Origin: Fistulifera solaris
Lineage: Eukaryota
DNA: 64,000 nt
NCBI GenBank assembly: GCA_030295235.1
Contig: AP026124.1
Span: 992,001 to 1,056,000 of the forward strand
Reading direction: 5' to 3'
In this document: in pieces, positions 33,135 through 47,770 of the stretch
How the letters are laid out: every line of letters begins with the position of its first letter
How positions within the stretch are numbered: position 1 is the first letter of the stretch
Made by a program: the position numbers and the translations under genes
Notes under the pieces: model-generated
What the model saw: the letters and a program-made list of their open reading frames with translations, nothing else
The model's database searches: none
Told to the model about the DNA's origin: nothing

Positions 33135-34984
33135 ATGGCGTCCCTAATAAGTCATTGCGTGGGGGGAAGTGTCCGGTACCTATCGCCTTTCTCGCTTCCC
33201 CCCTCGACCAATGTATCGGAAACTTTATGAATCTTCGAACTTATTGCTATCCGCTCGCTTTTATTCTGGAAGGAATACTAGGTCAAAAACGGAAAGAAGA
33301 ATTCGGCTGTGTAGTGCCTACCCGGGTATTCAGGGTAAAACGCTTTTGTCACTTTCGTCTCCGCATTGCGGTGCAGCACTCGCTTCGCTATCGACGATGC
33401 GCGTTTTAGAGCGTCAGACAATTTTAGATGACCAGAAACGGAAAGAAAAGAATACTCATGCTCATTTTCAAAAAAATGAAATGAGATTTCTGTCATCTGG
33501 CGGGAATGCAAGCGATCAAAATGAGCCAACCGGCGCACAGCCTCGACAAATTTCCGTACATTACCCGCCGCTTGATGACCCAGATCAGACTACGCAGGAT
33601 TCAAAGCAATCATCAGCTACACCTCTGTCGCAAGCTCACTTAAAGAGATTACAATACGTGCTATCAGTGGATGATGATAAAGGCTTATACAAGCGAATCC
33701 GTGAGACGCAATTACTGAAGCTAGAGCAAAGCCGTCAAAAGACGGCCGAAAACGTGAACCGAGCTTTAATGGGAAATGTCGTTATCTGTTTGGCGAAATT
33801 AGGAGCTTGGGTTTCGTCGGGAAGCAGTAGTATGTTATCGGAATTTATTCACTCCGTTGTCGATTGTGGTAATCAAGCTCTGCTACTTGTTGGTTTGAGA
33901 AGCGCACGGCTCTCCGCTGATCGCAAACACCCTTATGGTTATGGCAAAAGCGTCTACTTCTGGGCTCTCGTGTCCGCACTCGGCACGTTTTTCTTGGGAG
34001 CTGGTGTCAGTATGACACACGCCGTGGGTCAGCTCATGCATCCTTCGCTTCAGGAAATCACTTGGCAAGTCTGGGGTGTTTTACTCTTCAGCTTCACGGT
34101 AGATGGATATGTTCTACGAGAAACAATCAAAGATATTTACGAATCGAAGCCTGAATCAGTTTCCATCTGGCGACACATTTCCAACCTCCGCGACCCTTCC
34201 GTTTTGGCGGTACTGTTGGAAGATGGTGCGGCGTGTCTGGGTATTGTTCTAGCAATCGGCGGCATCTCGGCCTCGCACATTACTGGCAATCCGATTTACG
34301 ACAGCGTTGCAGGTGTCGCAATTTCGGCCCTTCTAGGAGGAATCGGGCTTGCCCTAGTTCGAATGAATCATCGATTTCTCTTGGGTCAAGCTGTTGACAA
34401 GGAAATATTGGAAGATATCGAAAAATGCTTCTTACCCGTCGCAGTATTGATAATATCGGCTCGGTACAAAGCCAATGGATTTCTTCCGATACATTTTCAT
34501 ACAAAGCGGAAGTCGACTTTGATGGGACTTATCTCGCCGCAAAATTGATGCCGATTGTGAGTTGTTATCCTTTGTTCGCTTTCTCTATTGCTGGCTCATT
34601 TCACTAACCTATCCTGGTCTTGTGTCACTCAAGTATCAACACGAATTTACCAAGATCCAGGACCCTTTATCATCTCATGGAGATTTACAGGTTCTTTTAT
34701 CTCTCTACGCCGAGGATGTAATACGTACGGTAGAGAGAGAAGTGAGACACGTAGAAGCAGCCATTCGGAAAAAATATCCAGGCGCGGAATACATTGAATT
34801 GGAGCCAATGAGCATAGATGCCCATCGATTGGCGATATATGACAATATTGAAGACGAGCTACGTCGTGTTGAAAGCGATGCATTAAATCGTTACCTAAAA
34901 TCACTTAAGAAAGAAGGTGCGTTGGAGGGCATGAATATCTCTACGGACCATGATAAAAAATCGACGAACGAACAACTCAAATAA
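33135..34984 (+). CDS. CDF cation efflux transporter, ZnT9/SLC30A9-like, probably mitochondrial
   Basis: SSMLSEFIHSVVDCGNQ, HPYGYGK, VLLEDGAA, FSYKAEVDFDG; Arg-rich presequence; frameshift ~34425; intron 34557-34633; start uncertain. Confidence 0.88.
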
Positions 34985-35032
34985 GGAAAAGTGTAGAAAG
35001 TATAAGTTTTTGTGCTATGATTTCTGAAAACA

Positions 35033-36525
35033 TTATTGGCTTGTCGCCCATGAACCTAGCTCTTCGATTTTCACATTAACCTGTTCACCTAGTTTCAGAT
35101 CTTTCACGGCTACCTCTCCGTTCTCGTACTCGGATTCTCCAACGATCAAACAATATTTAGCCCCGAGTCGATCAGCGTGCTTGAAGACCCACTTCGACTT
35201 CTTTGCTTCGAGAATCAAATCAACACTTTGACCAGCCTTTCGCAAAGCTGCTGCTGCGTGGATCGCCGCGGGGAAGAGTTTTTCATTCATTGCAAACACA
35301 ACCGTGTCAATTCCTGACTCTTCGAAAGAAGGAAGAATATTTCTCTCCTTCAGAAGCTCCACAATAACCGCATCCCCAAAACCAAAGCCTGCTGCTGGGA
35401 TAGAATCACCTCCAAAAGTCTCCAGCAGTTTATCGTACCGTCCGCCTCCAGCAATCGCTCGTAACTGCCCTTTACGATCGAACGCTTCGAACACAATACC
35501 GGTATAATAGGCTAGCCCACGAACTACAGAAGCATCCAAAATGATCCAATCTTGGATACCGTAAGCGTCACATAAACTCATGAATTTCTCCAGTTGTAAG
35601 ACTGCTTTAGAATCCGCCCCCAAAGTGTCGCGCAAAGACTCAATCGATTTGTTGGTAAGAACATTCAAAAGCTTCTCGACTACCGAGCGGTCCAGTCCCA
35701 GTTCTTCCAACTCTCCTTGAATCGCATCAACTGGTACCTTTTCCAGTTTGTCAACGAGCACGCACGTGGCCGCAAACTTTTCGGGTGGAATTCCGAGTTC
35801 ATTCAAGACTTCTCCTATCACCAGACGCGAATTCACTTTGATCCCCACATCCTCTGACGTGAGACCTACCCCTTCGAAAAAGCTCACCATAGCAGCGATA
35901 AGCTCAGCTTCGGCTTCTTCTCCCGCGACACCCCAAATATCCATATTCCACTGAAAATGTTCTCGTCGGCGACCTCTGGTCATCCGCTCGTATCGCCAGC
36001 ATTGTGGTATTGAAAACCATTTGAACGGCAGAGGTAAAGCTCCTTTTTGGCCATGACCATCCGAGCTAAACTCGGAGTCATTTCAGGACGCAAAGTGACG
36101 GCACGCTCTCCCTTGTCGACAAAGTTGTAGAGTTGTTGTGTGACTTCTTCACCAGCTTTTCGTGTGTACAATGCCTCACTTTCCAAGACCGGCGCATCGT
36201 ATTCGACGAAACCCGAAATACGTGCTGTATCACGCCATTGATCAAATAGCCAGTTTCGCAAGCGCATGTCTTCTGGGTAAAAGTCTCGAGTGCCTTTTGG
36301 AGGATTGGTGTCGAGTTTTTCGGAAACAACGCGACGCGTCTCGTCGGTATTGGTTTTATCCAGTAGCGATTTGTCTTGTATAGCATTCGAGATGCGACCG
36401 TTGCTGGAAGCCAAGCAAGTTGTTAACTTGGTGTAGGCTCGAGTTGTTGCTGGTGAGAATGCGGTTGAATATCGCACGGTTATCCAGACAAACATGATGG
36501 ATGCAATTCGATGACGATGATTCAT
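35033..36525 (-). CDS. Histidyl-tRNA synthetase, organellar
   Basis: [47 protein letters not shown]; signal peptide + STA-FSP; frameshift ~36045. Confidence 0.96.
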
Positions 36526-37078
36526 GGTCGTTTCAATGCCAAAAAAGCCTCAAATGCAATTGCTACCGGAGAGACTTAATTGTACGTTGCTTTCGGGTCA
36601 GGATCGCCTTTAGAAGAACTGAAATAGTAATAAAAAGCTCTTGTTTGTAGGTACTAACGATCATGAACAAGATGACGATGACGATGATGATTCCTTTTTT
36701 TTTTTTTCATTCGTTGCGATATTTTCGGTTTATTTGTTCGGGTGCGACGGACGAACGAGCTGTCGACTGACGTGCGTGCACGTGCGTGCGAAGCGCAATA
36801 CGAGTACTTATTACGTACTTTGTACCAGTAGAGCATCACTCAGCGCTACATTTATACCAGTACTTGCACGATACAAAGGAGTATAAGGAGGAGGAGTCGA
36901 TCTCGCACCGTGTTTCCCAAGGTCTTCACTTCTGTTCGGCAGAAGATCTTTTTGGATTTCTTCCCCCTCCAACTCAAAACCTTCAACAAACGTCGACAAA
37001 ACGAGAAGCGCAACAACGACACAAAAATACAGTTCGTTCTAGAATAACTGTATCGTTATCTTACTTTCTCATTCCAAC

Positions 37079-38818
<1,740 letters not shown>

Positions 38819-38886
38819 TGCTCTACTCTTTAGTTCATTGTCAGTAACTGTTTTTAGATAAAAGGAGTAAGTGTTTTCAAGCAAAT

Positions 38887-40831
38887 TCAACCTTTTATCT
38901 TGTCAACTTCTTTGCGGTGCGCAAGGTAATGTTCCAGCAATCTGCCCGTCGAAGCGTCGAAGCCCTGCACTGAAGCACCCGTTTTCCGCGAATTGCTTAT
39001 TTGAGCTCGCACCTTCTTTGAAAAGGCAATGCCGAGATCAGCACCATATCTATCAAAACTGTTAATGCCCCAAATGAAACCCTGTATCACTGTCCGATGT
39101 TCGTACATGGCTATCAACTGCCCCATCGCGTAGGCATCCAGGCGTGTCATAAGGAGACTGCTGCTGGGTCGATTCCCCGGACAAGCTTGATGTTCTCTCA
39201 ACTTTTCTGATACTCCTTCTTGAATAATTTCGACGACGGTCTTTCCGGTAGCCAGAGCATCAGGCTGTGCGAAAAAGTGGGACATGAGTTCATCATGATG
39301 GGAAAGTGCCTCTCCAGGTACGTCAAAGTGCTGTTGTGGTTCCATAAAGCCAATAAAGTCTACTGGCATTTCACGTCCTTGGTGTAATAGCTGTATCCAC
39401 GAATGTTGAATAGTCGTCCCTACTTCTCCAAGGTTAATTTCACCCGTCGGGTGGAGTAAAAGCGTTCCATCCAATGCAACCCTCTTTCCGTTGCTCTCCA
39501 TATCTAGTTTTTGTACGTAAGCGGGGGAAATCACGAAGCGCTCTCGTATAAGGCACAACGGCACGACAGGAGTAACCAAGGAAGGTCGAGTTCCAAACAC
39601 CAAGCAGTCCCAAGAGCACAGGTATGTTGTCGTAGAGTGGTGCGTTGAAGAAATGTTCGTCCATGTCATGTGCGCCTTTGAGAAAGTCGCACATCACAGG
39701 GTAAGAGAAATGAAGAGAGAGAGGAAGTAAACCCACTGGGGAACATAATGAGAATCTACCGCAAATAGCCAGGTAAGGGAACGTATTCTCTTTGCTGATT
39801 CCGAACTGACGAGAGCGAATGGGGTTATCCGTGACAGCAAACATTTGCAACGCGGACGCGTTGGTCTCTGTCGCACCTTTCGTCCCTTCCTCTTTCTTCA
39901 AATTTTCCACAAGCCATGACCGTGCAGTTCGGGCATTCAAGATAGTCTCAGCATCCGTGAAAGTCTTACTGATCACCACGACGATCGTCGTGCTTGGGTT
40001 CAAGTCCGATGTCGCTTGATGAAAATCCACAGGATCCATCGTAGCTACGAACCTTAATTTTCGACCTTTGCTGGCTTCAAAAGCTGCTGGATCCATTTGT
40101 AGAGCTGATGACACACAGTTTGTTCCGAAATAGGTGCCACCCGAGATACCGACGCAAAGGATTGAATCGAAAGGCTTTCCCGACACTGAACGCTTTTTTC
40201 CACTTCGAATGTCCTCCGTGATCTGCTGAATATTCTTTCGTACCGTGTGAATAAAGTTCAGCAAGGAAGGTCCATCTTTTAAATGCTGTTTAAGACTAGT
40301 AGGAGACACGGCTTCTGCAGTGGCATGAGTCTCTGTCGGAGGAGTGCGCGATCGATTTCGTTGAGTAGAACGCTCAGGACGCGGGAGATCCTCATTGTAC
40401 GGTCCTTGCAGGACAATAGGGTAATTTTCCGGAAGTCTCAGAACGTGATGCAGAACCGGAGAATCTTCCGTTGTATTTATTTTCACTCCCGACTTCATCG
40501 CTTCCCTCCGTTCTGTCATTTTCACAGCATCTGCTAGATCGAAAAGTAATTCCATCGTTTCACCGGTTACTCGCTGTCGACTATAATCTAGAATGACAGT
40601 TCGCGGTTTAATGCCCATGTAAGAAGACAGAGCCGGTGCAGTCCGATGAATGGTAACTAAGCCAGTACAGCGGGCCGAGTTTTTGCACAAGTTTCGAAGA
40701 TGCAATTTGTCGTCTGTGTAAAAACGTTCGGCATGAGCGAGCAGTGCATCAAATTGCGGGAGATCGGTGCACTTGAGAACCCAAGACGTTGAAGACGCTG
40801 AGCCGTTGCCGGCATTGTGTCGCATACTCAT
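38887..40831 (-). CDS. Divergent glucose-6-phosphate isomerase-like protein
   Basis: LDYSRQ, INTTED..VLH, SKTFTDAET, CGRFS, DMESNGK, GNRPS, WGINSFD; frameshift ~39530. Confidence 0.9.
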
Positions 40832-41576
40832 TGTTTGATAAGCAATGCTTTGGATACAAGGTATTGAAATAGAGGGTATTGCGAAGACGAAAATATACCA
40901 GTAACCAACGCAGAAAAGAAAAAAGTGCGTTGTCGTGGCGATTGGTCTAAATAATAAGAGTGCGCAGATCCAATCATGACTGAAACGGCAGTCGTGACAG
41001 AGACGAACGATCCGCAAGTATAATCTACATAACCAAGCGACATGTACATGGCAAACCCAGCAATAGCTGCGTGCATCTTGTGTTAATGTTAAATTTCTGA
41101 GCGTTATATTCGACTTCGTAAGAATTAGTAACGCGTATAATCTGGTGGCGTCATGGTGAAAAGCAAGCTATTTCGTAGTTTAAAAATTTAACCTAGGATA
41201 TCCAAAAAATCATAGGTCTTGCAAAATCCTCATGACTGAAATTCATTTGTGGTAAACTTGACAAAACACTGTGGTTCTATAGTAAATACTAATGAGAACG
41301 ATCCGCGGGACTTTTCGCCGTCATCTATCCTTGCGTGCCGTGTAAAATAAGCTGAAAACTATTGCACTGTAAAAAGACAAACAGAAAGGAAACGAATGAA
41401 GGCTACCGGTACCAATACTTGTACTACAGTCTCCTTTCTTTTGAATAGACAGTTAAATAAAAACCTATTTCGCATAAGGCCTAGTTTACCGAGCGCGGTA
41501 CTTCTCGCGAGTAAGAGAATAAAAAGGTTGCCTTGGGTGACACGGAAGCAAAGCCTGAAAGTAGACTCGAAACTCA

Positions 41577-42259
<683 letters not shown>

Positions 42260-42897
42260 TTATCGTAACCTATTCGTGTTGTGGCTCCTATTCGAGGATG
42301 AGAGGATAGTGTTAAAAACTTTTGTTATGCAGCACGAAGGCGACAAGAGCAGCGGCGGCGGCGTAACTGCCACGCGACTTTCAATACGGAACGCATTATT
42401 ATTTCCTCCTCCTTCCACCCTTCACTGTTCGTGCTTACACTCAAAACTCAACGGACAAAAGGACACAATGACCCTTCACACGGACCCGGATACAGATTAG
42501 TCGTGGCTAACATGGGTCGTGGGTCGTGGTTCTTTCAAACGGAGGATGGTGAAACTGAGCGATCAAAACGAAAATTTTTGTAGTATTATGAACAATGGCT
42601 GTAGTTTAAAAGGATAGCCTATCTGTTTTGACGTAGAAACTCATAGGATAGAGGAAATTTTGTGATGCTAAAGTTTAATCGAAGGTACGTACGGTTGTCG
42701 TAGGTGCTTGTGCTCGGGTGGAGGCCAGACTGATCAACAAAAATTTTACAGATCACACATGACACATGACAGCATTTTTTTTCGTTTCGACATTGAAAAT
42801 TGTCACTGGAAAAGCAGAAGGGGAAAGCAAAGATTTGGCTCAAAAAGATTGTGATACAATTTGATGACAAATTATCATCATCCTTCTTTGATAGTCC

Positions 42898-44076
42898 TTG
42901 CTGAAAGAACACGTTGAAAAGACTTGCCTAACAAGATGCCATCCGTCAGCGAAGCAATCTTTTCTTTTCTTTTCAATAATATCACTACTTGACGCCCGTC
43001 GTCTGGAACTTGACGAGCGCCACGTTTCATTCGGTAAATGGGGCTTGACGGGTATCAAGGACACAGTACATGATGCTCGTAGTGTGCTCAGAAGGCTTGG
43101 TAGGAGAGGCGGGGATGTTTTCGAATCGACTGTGTCGGCGTCCGTGACTGGCTCTATAGGTCTTTCGCATTCGCCTGTCCAACGAGCTCAGCTTTATGTA
43201 GAGAGGCTACGTCGGAAGATCCCTATGGCAATAAGAAACAAAATATCAATATTTCCAGAATTACCAGGCTATCAAGTATCGGTGGAAACGTTCAATACAC
43301 CTGATGCCGAAAGCTCTATCGCATTAGACGTACGTCTTCGTCATATGACAGAACCACTCATTCCTGAAGACGTTTGGGAAACAATGACGGGTCAGGAGTT
43401 TCAACAGCACCCTGAAGCTCTTGATCAACTTGCAAAGACAGGGGCATGGCTGGCAGAGACTGACGAGGTAAACGAATGGATAGATTGGAAAGTATTTGGA
43501 TCATTAGGATCATTAGAGAATGGCGACATTCAGGTATGGACTGGGAAAGCTAAGAAAAAAGGGCATGGGAGCGAAGTTCCTTTTATTAAATCACGATCGG
43601 TATTGCCCATGTCACCTGAAGAGGTTGTAGATCTTCTTATGGATTCTGAAAGAGTGAAAACATACAATCAATGGAGTCAAGGTCGAACAGACTGCTGGAT
43701 AGCCCCTGTTGAGGATGGCAGCCAAAAACAAACCAAAATTGTGAAAAGCACAACTCAACCGCCTTTAGGAGCGAAGGCGATGATGTCCGTTACGTTACTG
43801 CATGCTCGGCCATGGGGATCCGACGGAGGGTGGATCGTTGTGAGTCGATCTCCAGGAGGCAACGCCTACTTTGATTCGGATGACTCGCCCACGAGTCGTT
43901 CTGATATTTTGCTGGGAGTTAACCTGCTATCGCCACTGGATGAAGAATCGTGTATCCTAACATCTCTTACGCATGTATACTCCCCGGCGATTCCCGCAAT
44001 GCTCGCAGAAAGACTGGGAGCGAGAAGTGCTATAAACTTCGCAATCGACGTTCGCAACTCAAAGGTTCCCGCTTAA
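42898..44076 (+). CDS. START/SRPBCC-fold lipid-binding-like protein
   Basis: VPFIKSRSVLPMSPEEVVDLLMDSERVKTYN, WIVVSRS, RSDILLGVNLL..LTSLTHV; 5' end unresolved. Confidence 0.65.
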   Translation: MLKEHVEKTCLTRCHPSAKQSFLFFSIISLLDARRLELDERHVSFGKWGLTGIKDTVHDARSVLRRLGRRGGDVFESTVSASVTGSIGLSHSPVQRAQLYVERLRRKIPMAIRNKISIFPELPGYQVSVETFNTPDAESSIALDVRLRHMTEPLIPEDVWETMTGQEFQQHPEALDQLAKTGAWLAETDEVNEWIDWKVFGSLGSLENGDIQVWTGKAKKKGHGSEVPFIKSRSVLPMSPEEVVDLLMDSERVKTYNQWSQGRTDCWIAPVEDGSQKQTKIVKSTTQPPLGAKAMMSVTLLHARPWGSDGGWIVVSRSPGGNAYFDSDDSPTSRSDILLGVNLLSPLDEESCILTSLTHVYSPAIPAMLAERLGARSAINFAIDVRNSKVPA

Positions 44077-44165
44077 GTTTCAAACTGTCAATTTTCCGCA
44101 TGATAATGTTATCAAAAGCTGAATACCCTTAGTTCTAGAAGTCGATGCTTTTTCGTCTATGAAAT

Positions 44166-45827
44166 CTACGATAGAGTCATTGATTCGCCAGCTTGTTCAA
44201 GTGCTTGACTCCTCTGGTGCTTGCGCCGCCACTTTCGATTCGTCTGACATATTTCTCCTTCCATTTGCTGTTTCAATTTCTCAACTGTCATTTTTCCGTA
44301 GCGAGTATGCGAAAAGGCTTGAGCTGCCACAGCTACTGATTTTTCACTGATGCATCGAATCGAAACTTCAATTTGAAAGTGTCCTTCAAACGGTAACAAG
44401 AGTCTCCGTTGCTCCGGTGAAAAGTGACCATGTACCATTTGATGTAGTCTAGGTGGAAGTGTGTCATCTCCAAACCAAACGGATGAGTTTAGAGCTCCAT
44501 GGTGCTCTTCGATGATTGCAATATTTCGTTCCTGATTCCATCGGATCATGAGCTGTCGCCCTTGTACTCTTCCTTCGCAATACGCTTGCATCCGCGATGC
44601 AATTTCACTTACTAGCTGTTGATTGTTGAAATTTATGCCGCCTACGTCGACATAGAACGACCATAAGTCCGTATGAGCTAAAGGAGATCGAATATGAGGC
44701 CGAAGGAAGGTCCAGGCCAAGAACCATCGGGTCATGTGACCTGGACCAAACTCCGTACTTTGAACGTGCGACATTCCCAAGAGTTGTTCAAGAGCGTTCT
44801 TGAGAGTTGTCCAAGATGATTTCTTGCCGATCATCGACGAGCACCATTTTGGAGGTGAGATCGATGATGGTGCCCCAGCATTTGCAAATGACAACGAGCT
44901 TGATAAAAACGCTCGGATACTGTCGCACAAGATATCCAAAACAAATCCCATTTCACCTCCCGGATAACTTCCTTCTGACACCGTCATGGCAGTTCGGTGT
45001 CGTCCATCGGCTCGTATTTGCGACATCTCATTGGGGTTTTCGCTATCATAAAACGGAGGATTGGTCATGCACACATCAACTAATCGCGCTTCTGGAGGTA
45101 AATGATCCAAACTACATTGAAGGGGCCCATAATGGTCGCGTGCTTGATCCATTGAGACCTGCACGATGTGCAGAAAGGGATTCAATAATGGGTTTCCCTG
45201 AACGTTCTGCCGGGCTAAATCTACCGATTCTGGATCGATTTCCGTCGCAAAGAAAGCTCGCAGATACGGTTTGTGTCGATGATGTCCCTGCTGGTGGCTG
45301 GCGGCAAACAAAAGGGGATAAATGCAACTGGCCCCGGTCCCAATGTCAAGCATGATTCCCAAGAGTTGTTCTTGCAAATTCACAAAACAAGGTGAAGTAT
45401 GATTGCTGACTGGAATAAGGAGCGGTATTAACTCCGTTTGAATCCATCGAATGTAAAAGAAACGATTAGGAACTGGAGGACAGAGATGGTTATCCGGAAT
45501 TCTCGGAAGTGACACGTGAAAGTGAATGTGCAACAAAGCTTTTGTCAGTGCAGCACTGAAAGAATGCGTCAAAGAAGCAGCTAGCGAAGTGCTCCCTCCT
45601 CTCTGCTTTGCATTTCTTCTAGCATATTCCACTTCTTTCAAGGCTTTCCGGAAATCTGGAAAACGGCTCGCAAGCTCTTCGAAATCGGGCGTAAGTAGAG
45701 AGTTGAAAGAAACACCAAAGTAGCCACAAGAGCAAGTGGCTGGTCGGCTACAAAGACACGCTTGCGGACCTTCCGTTAGACTAGGAGGAGAAGCTCGTCC
45801 TCGCTTCCTACAGTGAGATGATTCCAT
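44166..45827 (-). CDS. METTL16: METTL16/RlmF-family RNA m6A methyltransferase
   Basis: PDFEELA..FPDF, LCPPVPNR, LDIGTGASCIYPLL, MTNPPFY, GGEMGFV, WCSSMIGKK, TRWFLAWTF. Confidence 0.92.
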   Translation of the reverse strand: MESSHCRKRGRASPPSLTEGPQACLCSRPATCSCGYFGVSFNSLLTPDFEELASRFPDFRKALKEVEYARRNAKQRGGSTSLAASLTHSFSAALTKALLHIHFHVSLPRIPDNHLCPPVPNRFFYIRWIQTELIPLLIPVSNHTSPCFVNLQEQLLGIMLDIGTGASCIYPLLFAASHQQGHHRHKPYLRAFFATEIDPESVDLARQNVQGNPLLNPFLHIVQVSMDQARDHYGPLQCSLDHLPPEARLVDVCMTNPPFYDSENPNEMSQIRADGRHRTAMTVSEGSYPGGEMGFVLDILCDSIRAFLSSSLSFANAGAPSSISPPKWCSSMIGKKSSWTTLKNALEQLLGMSHVQSTEFGPGHMTRWFLAWTFLRPHIRSPLAHTDLWSFYVDVGGINFNNQQLVSEIASRMQAYCEGRVQGRQLMIRWNQERNIAIIEEHHGALNSSVWFGDDTLPPRLHQMVHGHFSPEQRRLLLPFEGHFQIEVSIRCISEKSVAVAAQAFSHTRYGKMTVEKLKQQMEGEICQTNRKWRRKHQRSQALEQAGESMTLS

Positions 45828-46773
45828 TCGTTGTCTGTCTACTATCATGCACGATGATACGGTTCATGTGCGGCAATGGTAGTCTGTGCGCGCTCAAGGT
45901 CTTCTACTTCGTTTGCGCAACGTCCCAGTCTACTTCAATGCATCTACTTTCGGTGCCTGGACTATCGAGAGACTGTGAACTGCTTGTAAGGCTTACCAGG
46001 TAAATAAAGAAGCAACGGAGCCCAACATTTACAACTACATAGTAAATCCATTCGCAATTCGTCACAATCAACGATTAAAATTTCGTTCCTTATTGTACAG
46101 TAAACTTATGGGTACGGGTTACGGAAGAGAAATCCACGACTGGATTTTAGTACCTGGTAACGAGAAAACGATGATTCTTTGGAGTTGCTTACAGCGTATT
46201 ATGGCTCATGACATTTGATATTTTCGTTCTAGTTGGTATCGAATTGTGTTTATTGAGCTGGTGGTATATATCGATACATTGGCAAGTCATTAAGTTGCGT
46301 TTTTCAGCCGACAAGACTCTCGAATTCGGTACTATGACCCAAAGTGCGCATTCTCTGGATTCAAGACTAGATTTCAGTCATGAGACGTGCACCAGTGCAT
46401 GTAGTTACAATAAATAATAACTGATATTCAGTCCTGGAAAACGGTAGACCCATGATTTACAGAAGAAGACTTTCTCTTGCTAGGAATGGTACGTTAATAT
46501 GTTGGGTAGTAATTATTCTATAGAAAGGAAAAAGGAGGAGACACGTTAACGTGTTCGACGGTGCGACCAAAGTGCGACATCCCGTCCGCCCCCCCTCCCG
46601 CGCATTATTTCCATGTTGACGCGTGTGCAGACAGACGTTAGATCTCCTGAGTCCTCCCGAGCCTCGTTTTTGTTTTTTCACATAATACATCTCATACGTC
46701 TGATCGCAACTTCTACTTGATATTCATAGGATACAACAACTTTCTCCGTGAGCTCTCTGATACAAGTTTCATT

Positions 46774-47701
46774 ATGCGGCTTATATCACAGAATTCGCTC
46801 TTTGTCTTGCTGGCACTGAATGCTTTGATTCATTGCATCGCTTCCACCGAAGAAGCTACGATCGACCTCGACGGTATAGCCACCGAGGCCGTGTCGGATG
46901 CAATCCCTCAATCACCGGATATAACAGCAACAGATGTTGATTCCCAAGAATCCAAAGTAGAAGCTACGCAACAAGATTCAGGCGAAGAAAAGCACGAAGA
47001 GCTGCCGCTTCAGTCAGGCCCATTCATTGATCTGTTTGGGCCGGTACTCCTTTCGCTCGAAATGCTGGACGAAACACACGCCCAATTAGCACCACAATTA
47101 ACCAATGATGCTTTGAAAGGAAAAAAGGTTGTAGGTCTTTACTTCAGTGCAGATTGGTGCGGTCCGTGTCGTCAATTCACTCCAGAATTGAACTCTTTTT
47201 ACAGTAAGATGAACAAGAGGCGAGGTCGAAAAGATGAGTTTGAAATTGTATGGGTTTCAAGATGTCGTGATACAAACTCGTATGGCCAATACTTTACGCA
47301 GATGGGTGGCTGGTTGGCCTTACCACCCGAAGAAGCCATGGGGCAGCGCGGAGCGTGGTTGGGAGAGAAATTCAAAGTCAAGTCCATTCCCACTCTGGTT
47401 CTGTTAGACGACCTGGGCGTAAGTGTTTGTTGTTGAATGTGCTTTCTCGAAACGACAAAGTCAATATAAATCATCTCACTTGATTTTTTAGAATGTAATC
47501 ACACTAGATGGCCGCAACAAAATCCCACAGGACAAGGCTGGCATCGGATTTCCGTGGCGCAATCCCATTGCATCTCTTTACATGGCGTTGGTTCCTCGCA
47601 CGTTGAGATTGATGGTGAAATCACAGCTCATTGACGTGAAAGATAGGCTATTGGGTCAGATTGGGCGTATCTTACGACCAGGGAGTGCTAAAGTGGCTTA
47701 A
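46774..47701 (+). CDS. Nucleoredoxin-like thioredoxin with signal peptide
   Basis: GKKVVGLYFSADWCGPCRQFTP, FEIVWVS, SIPTLVLLD; intron 47419-47491, then GFPW and stop at 47699-47701. Confidence 0.9.
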
Positions 47702-47770
47702 GATAGTTGCTATTTGTAATCGAAGCTTGCATCTGATGATTGTCTACAATCAAGTAATGGTATTTTAATT

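Noticed and set aside
36670..36708. (GAT/GAC)n run and poly-T between HisRS and GPI
   Set aside because: Ordinary low-complexity promoter sequence.
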